Part shown: positions 9,295 to 19,473 of the stretch, in pieces
How the letters are laid out: each line of letters opens with the position of its first letter
Position numbering within the stretch: the stretch's first letter is position 1
Source: an uncultured Spirochaetaceae bacterium
GTDB taxonomy: Bacteria > Spirochaetota > Spirochaetia > DSM-27196 > SLST01
Assembly: GCA_964599075.1 (NCBI GenBank)
Contig: CAZREG010000008.1
Location: 8,972 to 72,971 of the forward strand
Direction: 5' to 3'
DNA length: 64,000 bases
Made by a program: the position numbers and the translations under genes
Notes under the pieces: generated by a model
Told to the model about the DNA's origin: nothing
What the model saw: only the letters and a program-made list of their open reading frames with translations
Databases searched by the model: none

Positions 9295-10192
9295 GTTCAG
9301 CCTCCCGTTTACGGGGATGAGCGCGCAGTCGCCGCCGCCCGGATTCAAGCTTCTCAAAGAGCGTCACGCAGCGCTCGACATCGGAGCTGCGCTGTAGGGA
9401 CGGCTCATCACGGCCGGCGAATTTCACCGCATCTGCCCGGTGGAGAATCGGTTCAAGTGAATCCACTTCTGATGAGGGGGCGGCACAGAGTGAAGCAAGG
9501 GCAGGCAGATAGCGAAGGAGCTCGGATGTAGTTGCGGAACGGCAATCCACACGCAGTACGGAGGACAGGTATCGTTGAATTGCCTGCACGAGCAGGATGT
9601 AGAACTCTCGTGCGGCCATCTGCTCTGCCTGGGCCTCAAGCAGGGTGAGGTCCTTCCGCAGGCGGCGATAGGGCAGCCGGGCGCGGTAGCGGGCAATCAG
9701 CATTCGGAGATGTGCTCGTCCGGGTCCAAACAGGTAGAGGGCCACCGTCAGAGTCCCGAAGATCAACACAGAAAAGAGAATGAGCGCGGCGCGGGTACCC
9801 GGGAGCCTCTGGGGACCAAAGATCGGCTGAAGTGAAGAGTCCACCTCCAGTACACTTGCGACAACAAGGCTGAAGCCCTCAATCTCAGCGCCACCAAGCG
9901 GCAGACTGGGCAATGTGAGCGTGCCCGGCTCAAATGGCACGACAACGATCCTCAGATCGTACGTCCCATCGCTGTGATCAATGGTCAGTGCCTCAATGGT
10001 GCCCCACGCGGGGTCCGGCAATTCGGCAGGGGCAACGAGTCTCTCATCCGATCGGATCCGGTAGCGCAGTTCAACCGGATCACCGACGTACGACTGTGCA
10101 GGCAAACGGACGGAGTCAATGATGGTATACGATTGTGCCCAAGGGGTTGCGCAGATGAGGATGAATACCGAGGCGAGAGTCAGACTTCGCAT
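9281..10192 (-). CDS. Bat-operon membrane protein (Ig-like domain, TM helix, C-terminal helical domain)
   Basis: Signal-like N-terminus, VVPFEPG, TM helix, SATTSEL, ADAVKFA. Lies between DUF58 and batA as in other Bat operons. Confidence 0.7.
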   Translation of the reverse strand: MRSLTLASVFILICATPWAQSYTIIDSVRLPAQSYVGDPVELRYRIRSDERLVAPAELPDPAWGTIEALTIDHSDGTYDLRIVVVPFEPGTLTLPSLPLGGAEIEGFSLVVASVLEVDSSLQPIFGPQRLPGTRAALILFSVLIFGTLTVALYLFGPGRAHLRMLIARYRARLPYRRLRKDLTLLEAQAEQMAAREFYILLVQAIQRYLSSVLRVDCRSATTSELLRYLPALASLCAAPSSEVDSLEPILHRADAVKFAGRDEPSLQRSSDVERCVTLFEKLESGRRRLRAHPRKREAEHARI

Positions 10193-11067
10193 CAGGATCG
10201 CCCTTTCCGGCTGTCAAAGAAGCGAATCAGCTGTGGGGCTACCTCGCGCTCAGTATCTATATCAAGAGTGACAATGCCACGCTTGCGGCACTCGCTGCGC
10301 CAGGTCTGCACATGCCCTTTCCAGTACTCATGGTAGGATTCGCGAAACTTTCGGGATCGTCCCGGAACGAGGATCGTGGCTCCGCTCTCGGGATCGTCGA
10401 GTCGGATCAGACCTGTGGCGGGAAACTCGTCGTCCAGAGGATCTGCAACGCGAATTGCAATGACGTCGTGGCGACGCCCCATCAGAGTGAGATCCGGTAG
10501 ATAGCCGGCCGTCTTGAAGTCCGATATGACCACGACCACTCCCCGACGCTTGAGCGACTCGCCGGTAGCCCGAAGCGCAAGGGAGAGGTCACTCCCCTTC
10601 CCGACAGGTTCAATGCCCACCATGTCCGTGATCAACCGCAACGCGTGCCGCTTGCCCTTCCTTGGTGCGACCCATCGTTCAATACGGTCACTGAACAGCA
10701 CCGCACCCACCCGATCATTGTTGACAGCGGCAGCGAGGCTGAGAAGCGCGAACGCCTCCGCGGCAACCTCCCGCCGGGTCCGGTCGGGCGGACCGAGTGC
10801 GAGGCTTGCCGACACGTCCACAACCAGGAAGAGCGTGAGCTCCCGCTCCTCCCGGAACGTCTTGGCGAACGGCTCGCTCATCCGGCTGCTCACGTTCCAG
10901 TCGATAAGCCGGGCATCATCCCCATCCACATACTCACGGACCTCGTCAAACTCGATTCCCGGGCCTCGGAATACACTGCGGTAGTCGCCTGCCAACAGAT
11001 TTTCCACCATTCGAGTTGCAAGGAGTTGAATCCGCTTTACGCTCGAGAGGAGTCGTGCACGATCCAT
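10192..11067 (-). CDS. DUF58 domain protein
   Basis: GDYRSVFRGPGIEFDEVREYVDGDDARLIDWNVSSR, VVDVSAS, VISDF. Confidence 0.93.
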   Translation of the reverse strand: MDRARLLSSVKRIQLLATRMVENLLAGDYRSVFRGPGIEFDEVREYVDGDDARLIDWNVSSRMSEPFAKTFREERELTLFLVVDVSASLALGPPDRTRREVAAEAFALLSLAAAVNNDRVGAVLFSDRIERWVAPRKGKRHALRLITDMVGIEPVGKGSDLSLALRATGESLKRRGVVVVISDFKTAGYLPDLTLMGRRHDVIAIRVADPLDDEFPATGLIRLDDPESGATILVPGRSRKFRESYHEYWKGHVQTWRSECRKRGIVTLDIDTEREVAPQLIRFFDSRKGRS

Positions 11068-11073
11068 AGGCGA

Positions 11074-12120
11074 TCAGGGTACAGGGACGGTGGAGAGAAG
11101 CAATTCAACCAGATCGTTGGAGGTGAGCTGCTCGGCCTCTGCCTCATAGCTGGGAACAATACGGTGGCGAAGCACGGGAGGAGCAACTGCCTTCACATCT
11201 TCAGGGATGACGTGCGACCGTCCCTCGAACAGGGCGTGCACCTTCGCACAACGAAAGAGATAGATGGTGGCCCGCGGTGACGCCCCAAGCTCGATGTAAC
11301 GGTGGAACGACCGGCCCTCCCCCTGCTTCCGAGAGCTCATCACAACGTGGACAATGTACTCCTGAATCCGTTCGTCCACCCGCACCTCGTTCGCCGCCTG
11401 TTGGAGGGAGAGAATGTCGGCCGTTGTGAGAATTGGTGAAAGTTCAGGCTCACGCTCCACTCCAACACGCTTGAGAATCTCCAGCTCCTCCTCCGGCGAG
11501 GGATAACTGATGGAGAGTTTCATGATAAACCGATCAAGTTGCGCCTCAGGCAGCGGGTAGGTGCCCTCCTGATCGATCGGATTCTGCGTAGCCATGACAA
11601 AGAACGGCTTCGGAAGCGGGTACGTCGTATCTCCGATGGTGACCTGTCTCTCCTGCATCGCCTCAAGCATTGCCGACTGCACCTTGGCGGGAGCCCGATT
11701 GACCTCATCCGCCAGAATGATGTTCGAGAAGATAGGACCTTTGCGGGCAACAAACTCACTGGTCTGCTGACGGTACATCATGGTTCCAATGAGATCTGCC
11801 GGGAGCAGGTCGGGGGTGAACTGGAGCCGCTTAAAGCTCGCGTCAATCACTTGAGCGAGGCTTCGAATGGCCAGGGTCTTCGCGAGTCCCGGGACCCCCT
11901 CAAGCAGAACATGCCCCCCGGTGAGGATGCCCACGAGCATCCCGTCCACCATGGACCGCTGGCCCACAACAGCCTTCGCAATCTCGGCCCTGCACCGATC
12001 GAGCTGCTCTCTCGCCTGCTGAGCCCCTGGGCTCAGGCCCGCTACAGGCTGGACGATGGAAGAATCGGACTCATCACCCGGGAGAGGGCGCCGCCCGAAC
12101 TGCGATTCATGTGTGTCCAT
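11074..12120 (-). CDS. moxR: MoxR-family AAA+ ATPase
   Basis: EGVPGLAKT, RLQFTPDLLPADLIG, LADEVNRAPAKVQSAMLEAMQE, ATQNPIDQEGTYPLPEAQLDRF, GASPRA. Confidence 0.96.
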   Translation of the reverse strand: MDTHESQFGRRPLPGDESDSSIVQPVAGLSPGAQQAREQLDRCRAEIAKAVVGQRSMVDGMLVGILTGGHVLLEGVPGLAKTLAIRSLAQVIDASFKRLQFTPDLLPADLIGTMMYRQQTSEFVARKGPIFSNIILADEVNRAPAKVQSAMLEAMQERQVTIGDTTYPLPKPFFVMATQNPIDQEGTYPLPEAQLDRFIMKLSISYPSPEEELEILKRVGVEREPELSPILTTADILSLQQAANEVRVDERIQEYIVHVVMSSRKQGEGRSFHRYIELGASPRATIYLFRCAKVHALFEGRSHVIPEDVKAVAPPVLRHRIVPSYEAEAEQLTSNDLVELLLSTVPVP

Positions 12121-12128
12121 ATGGTATC

Positions 12129-13412
12129 CTACGTTCTGTAATCTGCGTTCTCATGCACGTACTGATCGGAGAGGTCGCTTCCCCAGACAGTAGCACGACC
12201 GGGACCGTTCCCAAAGGCGAGGCTGATCTCCACCGTTCGCGAATGCTGAGGATAGCCGGTCACGCGGGGATTCAGGGCTGCGGTCTTCAGATAGTCTGCA
12301 AGCCGCATCTCCTTCTCCCGGTCTAGCTCAAAGGCTCCGTTGGCAAAGACCCGTTCGCCACCCAACGTAATCTCTACCTCAGAAGGATCAACAGCAACAC
12401 CAAGATTCCCCAGGAAATCTCCGACTGAGGAGAGCAGTCTACCCACATTCGGGTCGTTGCCGTAGATCGCCGTCTTGACCAGTGGGCTATTGACCACTGC
12501 CTTCGCTGTTCCACGGGCGAGCTCACTGGTTGCGCAGCCGGTTACTGACACCTCCATCACGTGGCCGGTGCCCTCCCCGTTTCGTACCACATCCCGGGCG
12601 AGCAGTCCACAGAGCGTGCCAAGAGCGGTGGTGAAATCGTGTTCACTCACTGCGGGCGCCCGCGCCGAACTCATAAGGACGGCCATGTCGCTTGTGCTCA
12701 TATCGCTGTCGACTGATATGGCGTTGAACGTGTCGGCCACGGCTGCGGTGAGTGCACGCCGGACAATCTCACGCTCCATCGTGACGTCGGTGAGCAGAAA
12801 GACGAGCATGGTGGCCATATTCGGCTCAATCATTCCCGCTCCCTTGGCAATCCCGACGATTGATCCGTCACCAATGGGGATGCGACGGATCTTGGGATAG
12901 CTGTCGGTGGTCATGATCGCCTGCGCCACCTCCAGTGCAGAGCCACCGTGTAGTCCGGCGTGGAGTCCGGGAAGCGCCTCCTCCATCTCAGGGACCGGCA
13001 GAGCCCACCCGATGATACCGGTGGAAACAGTGAGCAGCGCACGCTCGGGGACCGATGCAATCTCCCCGAGAGACCTTGTCAGACGCCGGGCGTCGTCAAG
13101 ACCGGTTTTTGCCCGAACGTTCGCGATCTTGTTGTTTATGAGCAACCCCTGCAGGTGTCCGTCCAATCGCTCGCGCCCAAGCAGGACCGGTGCTCCGGGA
13201 AACGCATTTCGCGTGAAGACAGCTGCGAATCGGTCGGTCGGCTCATCGGCGAGAATGAGACTGAGATTCATTCGGTACGGCTCGAGAGACGGTCGCTCAG
13301 CGGGAGTAAAGGCTATCCTGGCAGTTGATACCTGAAAGCCTTCTGGAAGGGCAGCGTGGGACTCGAGATAGTCGAGGTAACTCTGGCTGTCGCCGAACTC
13401 AGGATGATCCAT
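12129..13412 (-). CDS. argJ: Glutamate N-acetyltransferase / ornithine acetyltransferase
   Basis: STGIIG, IMTTDSYPK, AKGAGMIEPNMATML, SVDSDMSTSD, RNGEG, PLVKTAIYGNDPNVGR, Y..ENADYRT. Confidence 0.93.
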   Translation of the reverse strand: MDHPEFGDSQSYLDYLESHAALPEGFQVSTARIAFTPAERPSLEPYRMNLSLILADEPTDRFAAVFTRNAFPGAPVLLGRERLDGHLQGLLINNKIANVRAKTGLDDARRLTRSLGEIASVPERALLTVSTGIIGWALPVPEMEEALPGLHAGLHGGSALEVAQAIMTTDSYPKIRRIPIGDGSIVGIAKGAGMIEPNMATMLVFLLTDVTMEREIVRRALTAAVADTFNAISVDSDMSTSDMAVLMSSARAPAVSEHDFTTALGTLCGLLARDVVRNGEGTGHVMEVSVTGCATSELARGTAKAVVNSPLVKTAIYGNDPNVGRLLSSVGDFLGNLGVAVDPSEVEITLGGERVFANGAFELDREKEMRLADYLKTAALNPRVTGYPQHSRTVEISLAFGNGPGRATVWGSDLSDQYVHENADYRT

Positions 13413-14169
13413 ACGGCACTATAATACGATTGCCGTGAAGCTTCAGCCCACTTGATGCGGGTAGCGATCGTCGCTGCAGATACGCGTGCACCCGATCCGG
13501 GTACCGAACTGGTAGCTCAATGGCGCTCTCGGTCACCGAGAATCCGATGATCTCCTCCATGGTTCGACGGGCGATCTCGGTAATCCTCCCCCACGCTTGC
13601 TCACGCAGGGCATCCTGCGGCACGATCCAGCTGCCGCCACAGGCAACCACCTGGGGAAGCGAGAGATAGCTGTGAATATTCGCAAGCGAGATGCCACCGG
13701 TGGGCATGAATCGAACGTGCGGATAGGGCCCGCAGAGGGCCTTCAGCATCTTCACGCCGCCGGCCGCCTCGGCAGGGAAGAACTTAACCACTGCCAGGTT
13801 TCGGGCAAGAGCCTGCTCAAGATCGCCGGTGGAACTGATTCCAGGAAAGATCGGTATCCCGTTCGTTATGCAGTAGTCCACAACGGGAGCGTTGAAACCG
13901 GGCGTCACTATGAACGCGGCTCCTGCAGCAACAGCCTCCCCGGCCTGTGCCACGCTGGCCACCGTCCCGGCTCCAACGATCATATTGGGACACTCACGAC
14001 TCATGCGTGAGATGCCCTCAGCGGCTGCAGGCGACCGGAAGGTGATCTCTGCAACCGGAAGACCGCCGGCTGCAAGCGCGTCACCGAGGGGTTTCGCCTG
14101 CCCGGGGCTGTCAAGCACAATCACCGGGACGGCGCCGTACTCAGAGATGGCCTGTGCTACCTGTGTCAT
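13399..14169 (-). CDS. eda: KDPG/KHG aldolase with short C-terminal extension
   Basis: VPVIV, AEITFRS, GAGTV, FIVTPG, VKFFPAE..GG, FMPTGGI, CGGSW. SD AGGAG before ATG 14169. Confidence 0.92.
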   Translation of the reverse strand: MTQVAQAISEYGAVPVIVLDSPGQAKPLGDALAAGGLPVAEITFRSPAAAEGISRMSRECPNMIVGAGTVASVAQAGEAVAAGAAFIVTPGFNAPVVDYCITNGIPIFPGISSTGDLEQALARNLAVVKFFPAEAAGGVKMLKALCGPYPHVRFMPTGGISLANIHSYLSLPQVVACGGSWIVPQDALREQAWGRITEIARRTMEEIIGFSVTESAIELPVRYPDRVHAYLQRRSLPASSGLKLHGNRIIVPYGSS

Positions 14170-14177
14170 TACTGCTC

Positions 14178-15278
14178 CTATCGGGCGACCCTGGCGCTGC
14201 CGCCGGCCACCAGGCGCTCTACCTCTGAGAGCGAGGCCATTGATGTGTCGCCTGGTGTTGTCATGGCAAGGGCGCCGTGGGCGGCACCAAACTCCACACA
14301 CTCTTGCGGCTCCATACCGGAGAGAAACCCGTAGATCAGGCCACTGGCAAAGCTGTCTCCGCCGCCGACCCGATCGAGTATCTCCAGTCCTTCGCGATTC
14401 GTGGCCTGAGAGAACGCTCCGTCATGATAGAGAATGGCGCTCCAGTCATTTACGGTAGCACTCTCTACGTCCCGAAGGGTAGTGGCTACCGCCTGGAAAC
14501 TCGGAAACGTCTCCACCACACGGGCAATCATTCGCTTGAACTTGGACGGATCTAAAGCCGTGATTGAATCGTTGAGACCCTCCACCTCAAAGCCGAGAGA
14601 GGCAGTAAAATCCTCTTCGTTGCCGATCATGACATCCACGTGCCGTGCAATCTCACGATTGATCTCCTGCGCCCGCTTCTGGCCACCGCGGGACTTCCAG
14701 AGTGAGCTGCGGTAATTGAGGTCGTAGCTAACTACAGTACCGTAGCGATGAGCCGTCTCCATAGCCTCAATCACCACCTCAGGCGACGTCTCACTGAGTG
14801 CCGCGTAGATGCCGCCGCAGTGAAACCAGCGAGCGCCCTCGGTGTGAAAGATGGTCTCCCAGTCCACGTCGCCCGGTTTAAGACCACCGGCAGCGGAATG
14901 GGCGCGATCGGAGACCCCGAGTGCTCCGCGCACGCCAAACCCGCGCTCGGTGAAGTTGAGTGCCACCCTGTTCTCCGTCCCGATTCCGTCGTAATCGGTC
15001 CAGCGGACGTGGCGCAGGTCCACCCCACCCTGAAGCATCAGATCCTCAAGCAGCAGTCCCAGGTCCGTCCTTGGAATCGCGGTGACGACCGCGGTCCGCA
15101 AGCCAAAACAGCGGCGCAATCCGCGCGCAACGTTGTACTCACCGCCGCCCTCCGAGACCCGAAAGCTCCGGGCGCTTCGCACTCGCCCCTCGCCCGGATC
15201 GAACCGCAGCATCACTTCGCCCAGGCTTACCTGATCCCAGAGACAGTCAGCGGCGTCACGAAGTCTGATTGAATGCAT
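14178..15278 (-). CDS. kdgK: 2-keto-3-deoxygluconate kinase (PfkB family)
   Basis: LGEVMLRFDP, GGGEYNVARGL, SYDLNYRSSLW, DRVGGGDSFASGLIYG. Adjacent to eda. Confidence 0.9.
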   Translation of the reverse strand: MHSIRLRDAADCLWDQVSLGEVMLRFDPGEGRVRSARSFRVSEGGGEYNVARGLRRCFGLRTAVVTAIPRTDLGLLLEDLMLQGGVDLRHVRWTDYDGIGTENRVALNFTERGFGVRGALGVSDRAHSAAGGLKPGDVDWETIFHTEGARWFHCGGIYAALSETSPEVVIEAMETAHRYGTVVSYDLNYRSSLWKSRGGQKRAQEINREIARHVDVMIGNEEDFTASLGFEVEGLNDSITALDPSKFKRMIARVVETFPSFQAVATTLRDVESATVNDWSAILYHDGAFSQATNREGLEILDRVGGGDSFASGLIYGFLSGMEPQECVEFGAAHGALAMTTPGDTSMASLSEVERLVAGGSARVAR

Positions 15279-15300
15279 TCCGGCTTCCTCTGTTTTAGCG

Positions 15301-16446
15301 TTACTCAAGTGCAGAGACATCAACCCACGAGCGGGTCTTCCAGCTCTTCATGCCCAGTTCGGCGAGTTGGACACCCTTTGCTCCTTCAAGCAGGTTCCAG
15401 GGGAACTCGATCTCATCGGCGAGGTGCCGGAGAAAGAGCTCCCACTGCAACTTGAACGCATTCTCCATTGGGTCACGGGTCGGCATGGTCATCCAGTTCT
15501 CATAGTAGTCGATCGGACTGGGTATGTCAGGATTCCAGACCGGCTTCGGTGTCTCGGCATCGCTCTGGATGACGCAGTCACGAAGACCCGCCACCGCCGT
15601 ACCCCGCGTGCCATCCACCTGAAGGGTGAGAAGGTCGTCGCGACGGACCCGTACCGCCCAGCTGGAGTTAAACTGACAGATAATCCCATTCGCAAGCTCG
15701 AAGGTCCCGTACGCGGCATCGTCGGCGGTACACGGGTAGGGCTCTCCCTGCTCGTCTCGACGCTTGGGAATGTGAGTAGCGCCAATAGCGACCAGACGGG
15801 AGATCTCGCCGAACAGATTGTCGATCACGTAGCGCCAGTGACAGAACATGTCTATCATGATGCCGCCACCGTCCTCACTCCGGTAGTTCCAGCTCGGTCG
15901 CTGCGTCGGCTGATGCTCTCCGTCAAACACCCAGTAGCCGAACTCTCCCCTGACACTGAGGATCTCACCAAAGAAACCGGTGTCAATGAGATAACGCAGC
16001 TTGCGCAGACCCGGCAGCCAGAGCTTGTCCTGCACCACACCGTTCTTGACACCGGCGGCCTTGGCCTTCGTCCACAGGCCGTACGCGTCCTCGAGCGTAG
16101 TGGCCGTAGGCTTCTCGCAGTAGATTGACTTCCCCGCGTCAATCGCCTTGCTGACCCCAACCGTTCGAAGCTCAGTGCGCGCGGAGTCGAAGTAGACCTC
16201 TACCTTCGGGTCCGAAAGCACCGCGTCAAGATCCGTGGAGTACGCCTTCACCCCGTGCTCTGCTGCAAGCCGGGCAAGTTTCTTCTCATTCCTTCCGATC
16301 AGCACCGGCTCAGGCACAAGGCGGTCATCGTTTGCCAGCGGCACACCGCCCTGATCACGAATGGCAAGAAGGCTCCTGATCAAATGCTGATTGGTGCCCA
16401 TCCTGCCGGTGACACCGTTCATCCCAATCCTGATTATGCGTTCCAT
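15301..16446 (-). CDS. Gfo/Idh/MocA family oxidoreductase
   Basis: [38 protein letters not shown]. Confidence 0.88.
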   Translation of the reverse strand: MERIIRIGMNGVTGRMGTNQHLIRSLLAIRDQGGVPLANDDRLVPEPVLIGRNEKKLARLAAEHGVKAYSTDLDAVLSDPKVEVYFDSARTELRTVGVSKAIDAGKSIYCEKPTATTLEDAYGLWTKAKAAGVKNGVVQDKLWLPGLRKLRYLIDTGFFGEILSVRGEFGYWVFDGEHQPTQRPSWNYRSEDGGGIMIDMFCHWRYVIDNLFGEISRLVAIGATHIPKRRDEQGEPYPCTADDAAYGTFELANGIICQFNSSWAVRVRRDDLLTLQVDGTRGTAVAGLRDCVIQSDAETPKPVWNPDIPSPIDYYENWMTMPTRDPMENAFKLQWELFLRHLADEIEFPWNLLEGAKGVQLAELGMKSWKTRSWVDVSALE

Positions 16447-16454
16447 AGCTGCTC

Positions 16455-17273
16455 CTAAACGTGGTTTTCAAACGCGCTGACAATGCGCGCGAGATAGTTT
16501 CGTTGATCCATTGCCCAGTACTCCTGTGAGAAGATCTCTACCTCACAGAAGCCTGAGAACCCGGCCTGTTCAACCCATTCGCGTATTCCCCGGATATCAA
16601 TGCAGCCCTCCCCCATGAGTCCTCTGTCGGTGAGTATGTCACGGGTCGGGGTGCGCCAGTCACAGACGTGAAACGCAAGAATCCGGCTTCCGGCCCGACG
16701 AATCTCACTTTTCAGTCTGGGATCAAACCAGAGATGGTAGACATCCACTGCAATCCCTAAAAAGTCTGATGGGACCTCATCACAGAGATTGTTCGCCTGC
16801 GTCAGAGAGGTGATAGCACTGCGGCTGTCGGCGTACATAGGATGCAGCGGCTCAACTGCCAGCTTCACACCCAGACGCTCGCAGTCAGGAAGCAGGGTCT
16901 CAACCCCACGGCGTATCTGGCCCCTTGCCTGATCAAGTGCAACCGTCGGGTCCGCACCGCAGACGAGAACCACCATGGGGGCACCAAGCTCGGCCGCTTC
17001 CCGAATGACCGCGCGATTCTCTTCAACGGCTGCCGCGCGCAGATGCTCCTGCCCCGAGACAAAAAAGCCACCGCGACACAGTGACACCGTCTCAAGGCCC
17101 GCGGTGCGGATGAGCCGTGCAGCCTCTGTGACCCCGGTCTGTTCATAGGCATCACGCCAGACGGTAATCCCGCTGACGCCTGCGCGCGCATACTCCTGCA
17201 CGGCACGTTCAAGCGGGAGCGGTCGGGTGGTAGCGGTATGGATGCAAAGGCGCTCCAGTCCTGGCCCGCTCAT
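16455..17273 (-). CDS. Sugar-phosphate isomerase/epimerase (xylose-isomerase-like TIM barrel)
   Basis: [36 protein letters not shown] metal-ligand pattern. Confidence 0.87.
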   Translation of the reverse strand: MSGPGLERLCIHTATTRPLPLERAVQEYARAGVSGITVWRDAYEQTGVTEAARLIRTAGLETVSLCRGGFFVSGQEHLRAAAVEENRAVIREAAELGAPMVVLVCGADPTVALDQARGQIRRGVETLLPDCERLGVKLAVEPLHPMYADSRSAITSLTQANNLCDEVPSDFLGIAVDVYHLWFDPRLKSEIRRAGSRILAFHVCDWRTPTRDILTDRGLMGEGCIDIRGIREWVEQAGFSGFCEVEIFSQEYWAMDQRNYLARIVSAFENHV

Positions 17274-18688
17274 TCCGTTGCTCCGGAACCCACGCCGATG
17301 TCAAAGAAACGCTGTGGTTCCTTGCCCTCGCCAAGTCGTCTGATCGCTACACCAAGCTCAAGCGCGTGGTAGTCTCCCCACATGCTCGACTCACCGCTCG
17401 GCACCTTCTCACCCGCGGCGACATGGTCCCAGCCGTTTGGCCGGTGGTAGACCGAGTGCAACAGGATCCCCTGATGCCCAGCATCCTGAGCAAGATAGGT
17501 GTGTGAGAAGAGCGTCCGGGCAACGGTAAAGGCGGCGGCCTGATAGCGAGCCCCGGTTTCCTGCTCGCCGTGTCTCATCAGATACCGTCCGAGCCGCAGC
17601 AGTCCCTGCGCAGAGATTGCCGCCGCGGAGCTGTCGACCGGCTCATAGGCGTTAAACGGCTCACTCGGACGGTCACGGTAATCGCCCATGTGTACCAGTC
17701 CCGGCGCCCCGGTGTCCCAGTATGGAACCCCGTCGGTGGGCGTCTGTTCCAGATAGAAATCCGCCACCGCGCGGGAGACCTCCAGAAAGCGCTCACGGGC
17801 GTCTGCAAGCGAGGAATAGACCGATGAACCGCTCGCCTGGAACTCCTGTTCACTCATTCCCTCCAGCCACTCAAGCTGCTCGGGATAGCCGGCGAGAATC
17901 CAGCTCAGACCCCGGGTCCAGGTGGTGAACGGTGAGTACCCCTGCTGGGTGGAGGGACACCGGTAGGCGCCGGATTCAACGTTGAAAATGCTCTCATGCA
18001 CAACACGGCCGCGAATATCATAGCTGTCTCGCCCGGTTCCGTAGTAGACGTTGTACCGTGCCGTCGCCTCAGCGTGGGCGAGCAGTCGCGCCAAAAGCGA
18101 GATACGCTCGTCCTGCTCACCCATAAGCACGTGCCCAAGCTGGTGAGAAACGGCGAGCGAGCGCATGCTTCGGATGGTGTCCGAGAAAAGGCTGTGCGCG
18201 CCGTTGAAACTGGGCACGTAGCCCAACCCGTCGGGCAGCCTTGTCCAGCGTGCCGCCTGCACCGCACCGGAGACCGCAAGCGCAAGACGGTACACTTCGG
18301 CCTCGTGAGAGTTGTTCTCCGTTAGCCCCTCCGCCATGAACCGCAACAGGTTGCCGTAGGTGCTCACGTTGTTGAACCCGTGATCGTGCACCCCGGTGTG
18401 TGTGAGGTGAGGCGCCATACGCGACATGGTCTCGGTCCGGCCGTAATCAAGAAACTCCCGGTTTCCGGTAGCCTCAAAGAGCAGCAGCGGGCAGCCGTAC
18501 TGGAAGCCCTGGGTCCACTCGGTCCAGCCCCGTGTGGTGTAGGAGCCGGCCACCGTGAACACCGGCGTTCCGTTCTCAGGTTTCCAGTGTGTACGCAGCA
18601 GTGAAACACTCTTCGCGCCGACTCGGAAGAGCTCTTCCAGCCCGCCGGCAAGGTCGCCTGGCGTAAGTGAAGTATCGATACTGATCAT
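17270..18688 (-). CDS. GH88-like unsaturated glucuronyl hydrolase
   Basis: WTEWTQGF, HDHGF, WTRGLSW, VPYWD, DSSAAAI, WGDYH (alpha/alpha)6-barrel motifs. Confidence 0.82.
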   Translation of the reverse strand: MISIDTSLTPGDLAGGLEELFRVGAKSVSLLRTHWKPENGTPVFTVAGSYTTRGWTEWTQGFQYGCPLLLFEATGNREFLDYGRTETMSRMAPHLTHTGVHDHGFNNVSTYGNLLRFMAEGLTENNSHEAEVYRLALAVSGAVQAARWTRLPDGLGYVPSFNGAHSLFSDTIRSMRSLAVSHQLGHVLMGEQDERISLLARLLAHAEATARYNVYYGTGRDSYDIRGRVVHESIFNVESGAYRCPSTQQGYSPFTTWTRGLSWILAGYPEQLEWLEGMSEQEFQASGSSVYSSLADARERFLEVSRAVADFYLEQTPTDGVPYWDTGAPGLVHMGDYRDRPSEPFNAYEPVDSSAAAISAQGLLRLGRYLMRHGEQETGARYQAAAFTVARTLFSHTYLAQDAGHQGILLHSVYHRPNGWDHVAAGEKVPSGESSMWGDYHALELGVAIRRLGEGKEPQRFFDIGVGSGATE

Positions 18689-18697
18689 GGAATCTCC

Positions 18698-19465
18698 TCA
18701 CAGTTCCGGTATTGTCAGCCCACCGTCGGTGTTGATAACCGTCCCGGTGGAGAAATCAAGATGCCCGTCCATAAACGAACAGATCACCTTTCCCGTGTCC
18801 TCCGGCATGCCCCAGCGACGCTGTGGAACCAGGCCATCGGCAATAAGACGGTCATACTTCTCGCTAACTCCGGCGGTCATATCGGTCTTGGTTATTCCCG
18901 GCCGTACCTCAATCACGGGAATACCGATTTCTGCTAGTCGCACCGCAAACAGCTGTACCGCCATTGAAAGGCCGGCCTTGCTGACGCAATACTCACCGCG
19001 ATTCACCGAGGGCATCTCAGCACTCACCGAGGTCACGAATGCGATCCGTCGGTCACCCTTTCCGGGATTGGAGGCCCAATGCCGGGCCACGAGCTGAGTG
19101 AGAAAGTAGGGCCCGGTGAGGTTGACCGCCATAACTTCCTGATAGACTTCCTCGCTCGCCTCAAGAACGTCATCCCGACGGCGAGGGGCGATCCCGGCGT
19201 TATTGACCAGGCCGTGGATCTCGCCGTAGTGGGTGAGAACCTGCTCGACCAGTCTGCTTCGCTGCGTAGCCTCCGCGATGTTCGCCTGAAACGCGTGATG
19301 ATTCTGCACGGCGGTCGTTGCCTCCGAGCACGCTTTCACGCAGGACTCAGCAGCCTCCCGGTTTCCGTTATAGTGAACCGCAACAGTGTGCCCGGCGCCG
19401 GCGAGTGAGATTGCGATACCACGGCCAATCCCTCGGCTCGCTCCAGTGACCAGAATAACGCCCAT
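18698..19465 (-). CDS. SDR family oxidoreductase (FabG-like annotation class)
   Basis: TGASRGIG, LVNNAG, VTSVS, catalytic YCVSK, RPGITKTDMT. Confidence 0.9.
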   Translation of the reverse strand: MGVILVTGASRGIGRGIAISLAGAGHTVAVHYNGNREAAESCVKACSEATTAVQNHHAFQANIAEATQRSRLVEQVLTHYGEIHGLVNNAGIAPRRRDDVLEASEEVYQEVMAVNLTGPYFLTQLVARHWASNPGKGDRRIAFVTSVSAEMPSVNRGEYCVSKAGLSMAVQLFAVRLAEIGIPVIEVRPGITKTDMTAGVSEKYDRLIADGLVPQRRWGMPEDTGKVICSFMDGHLDFSTGTVINTDGGLTIPEL

Positions 19466-19473
19466 AGAACCTC

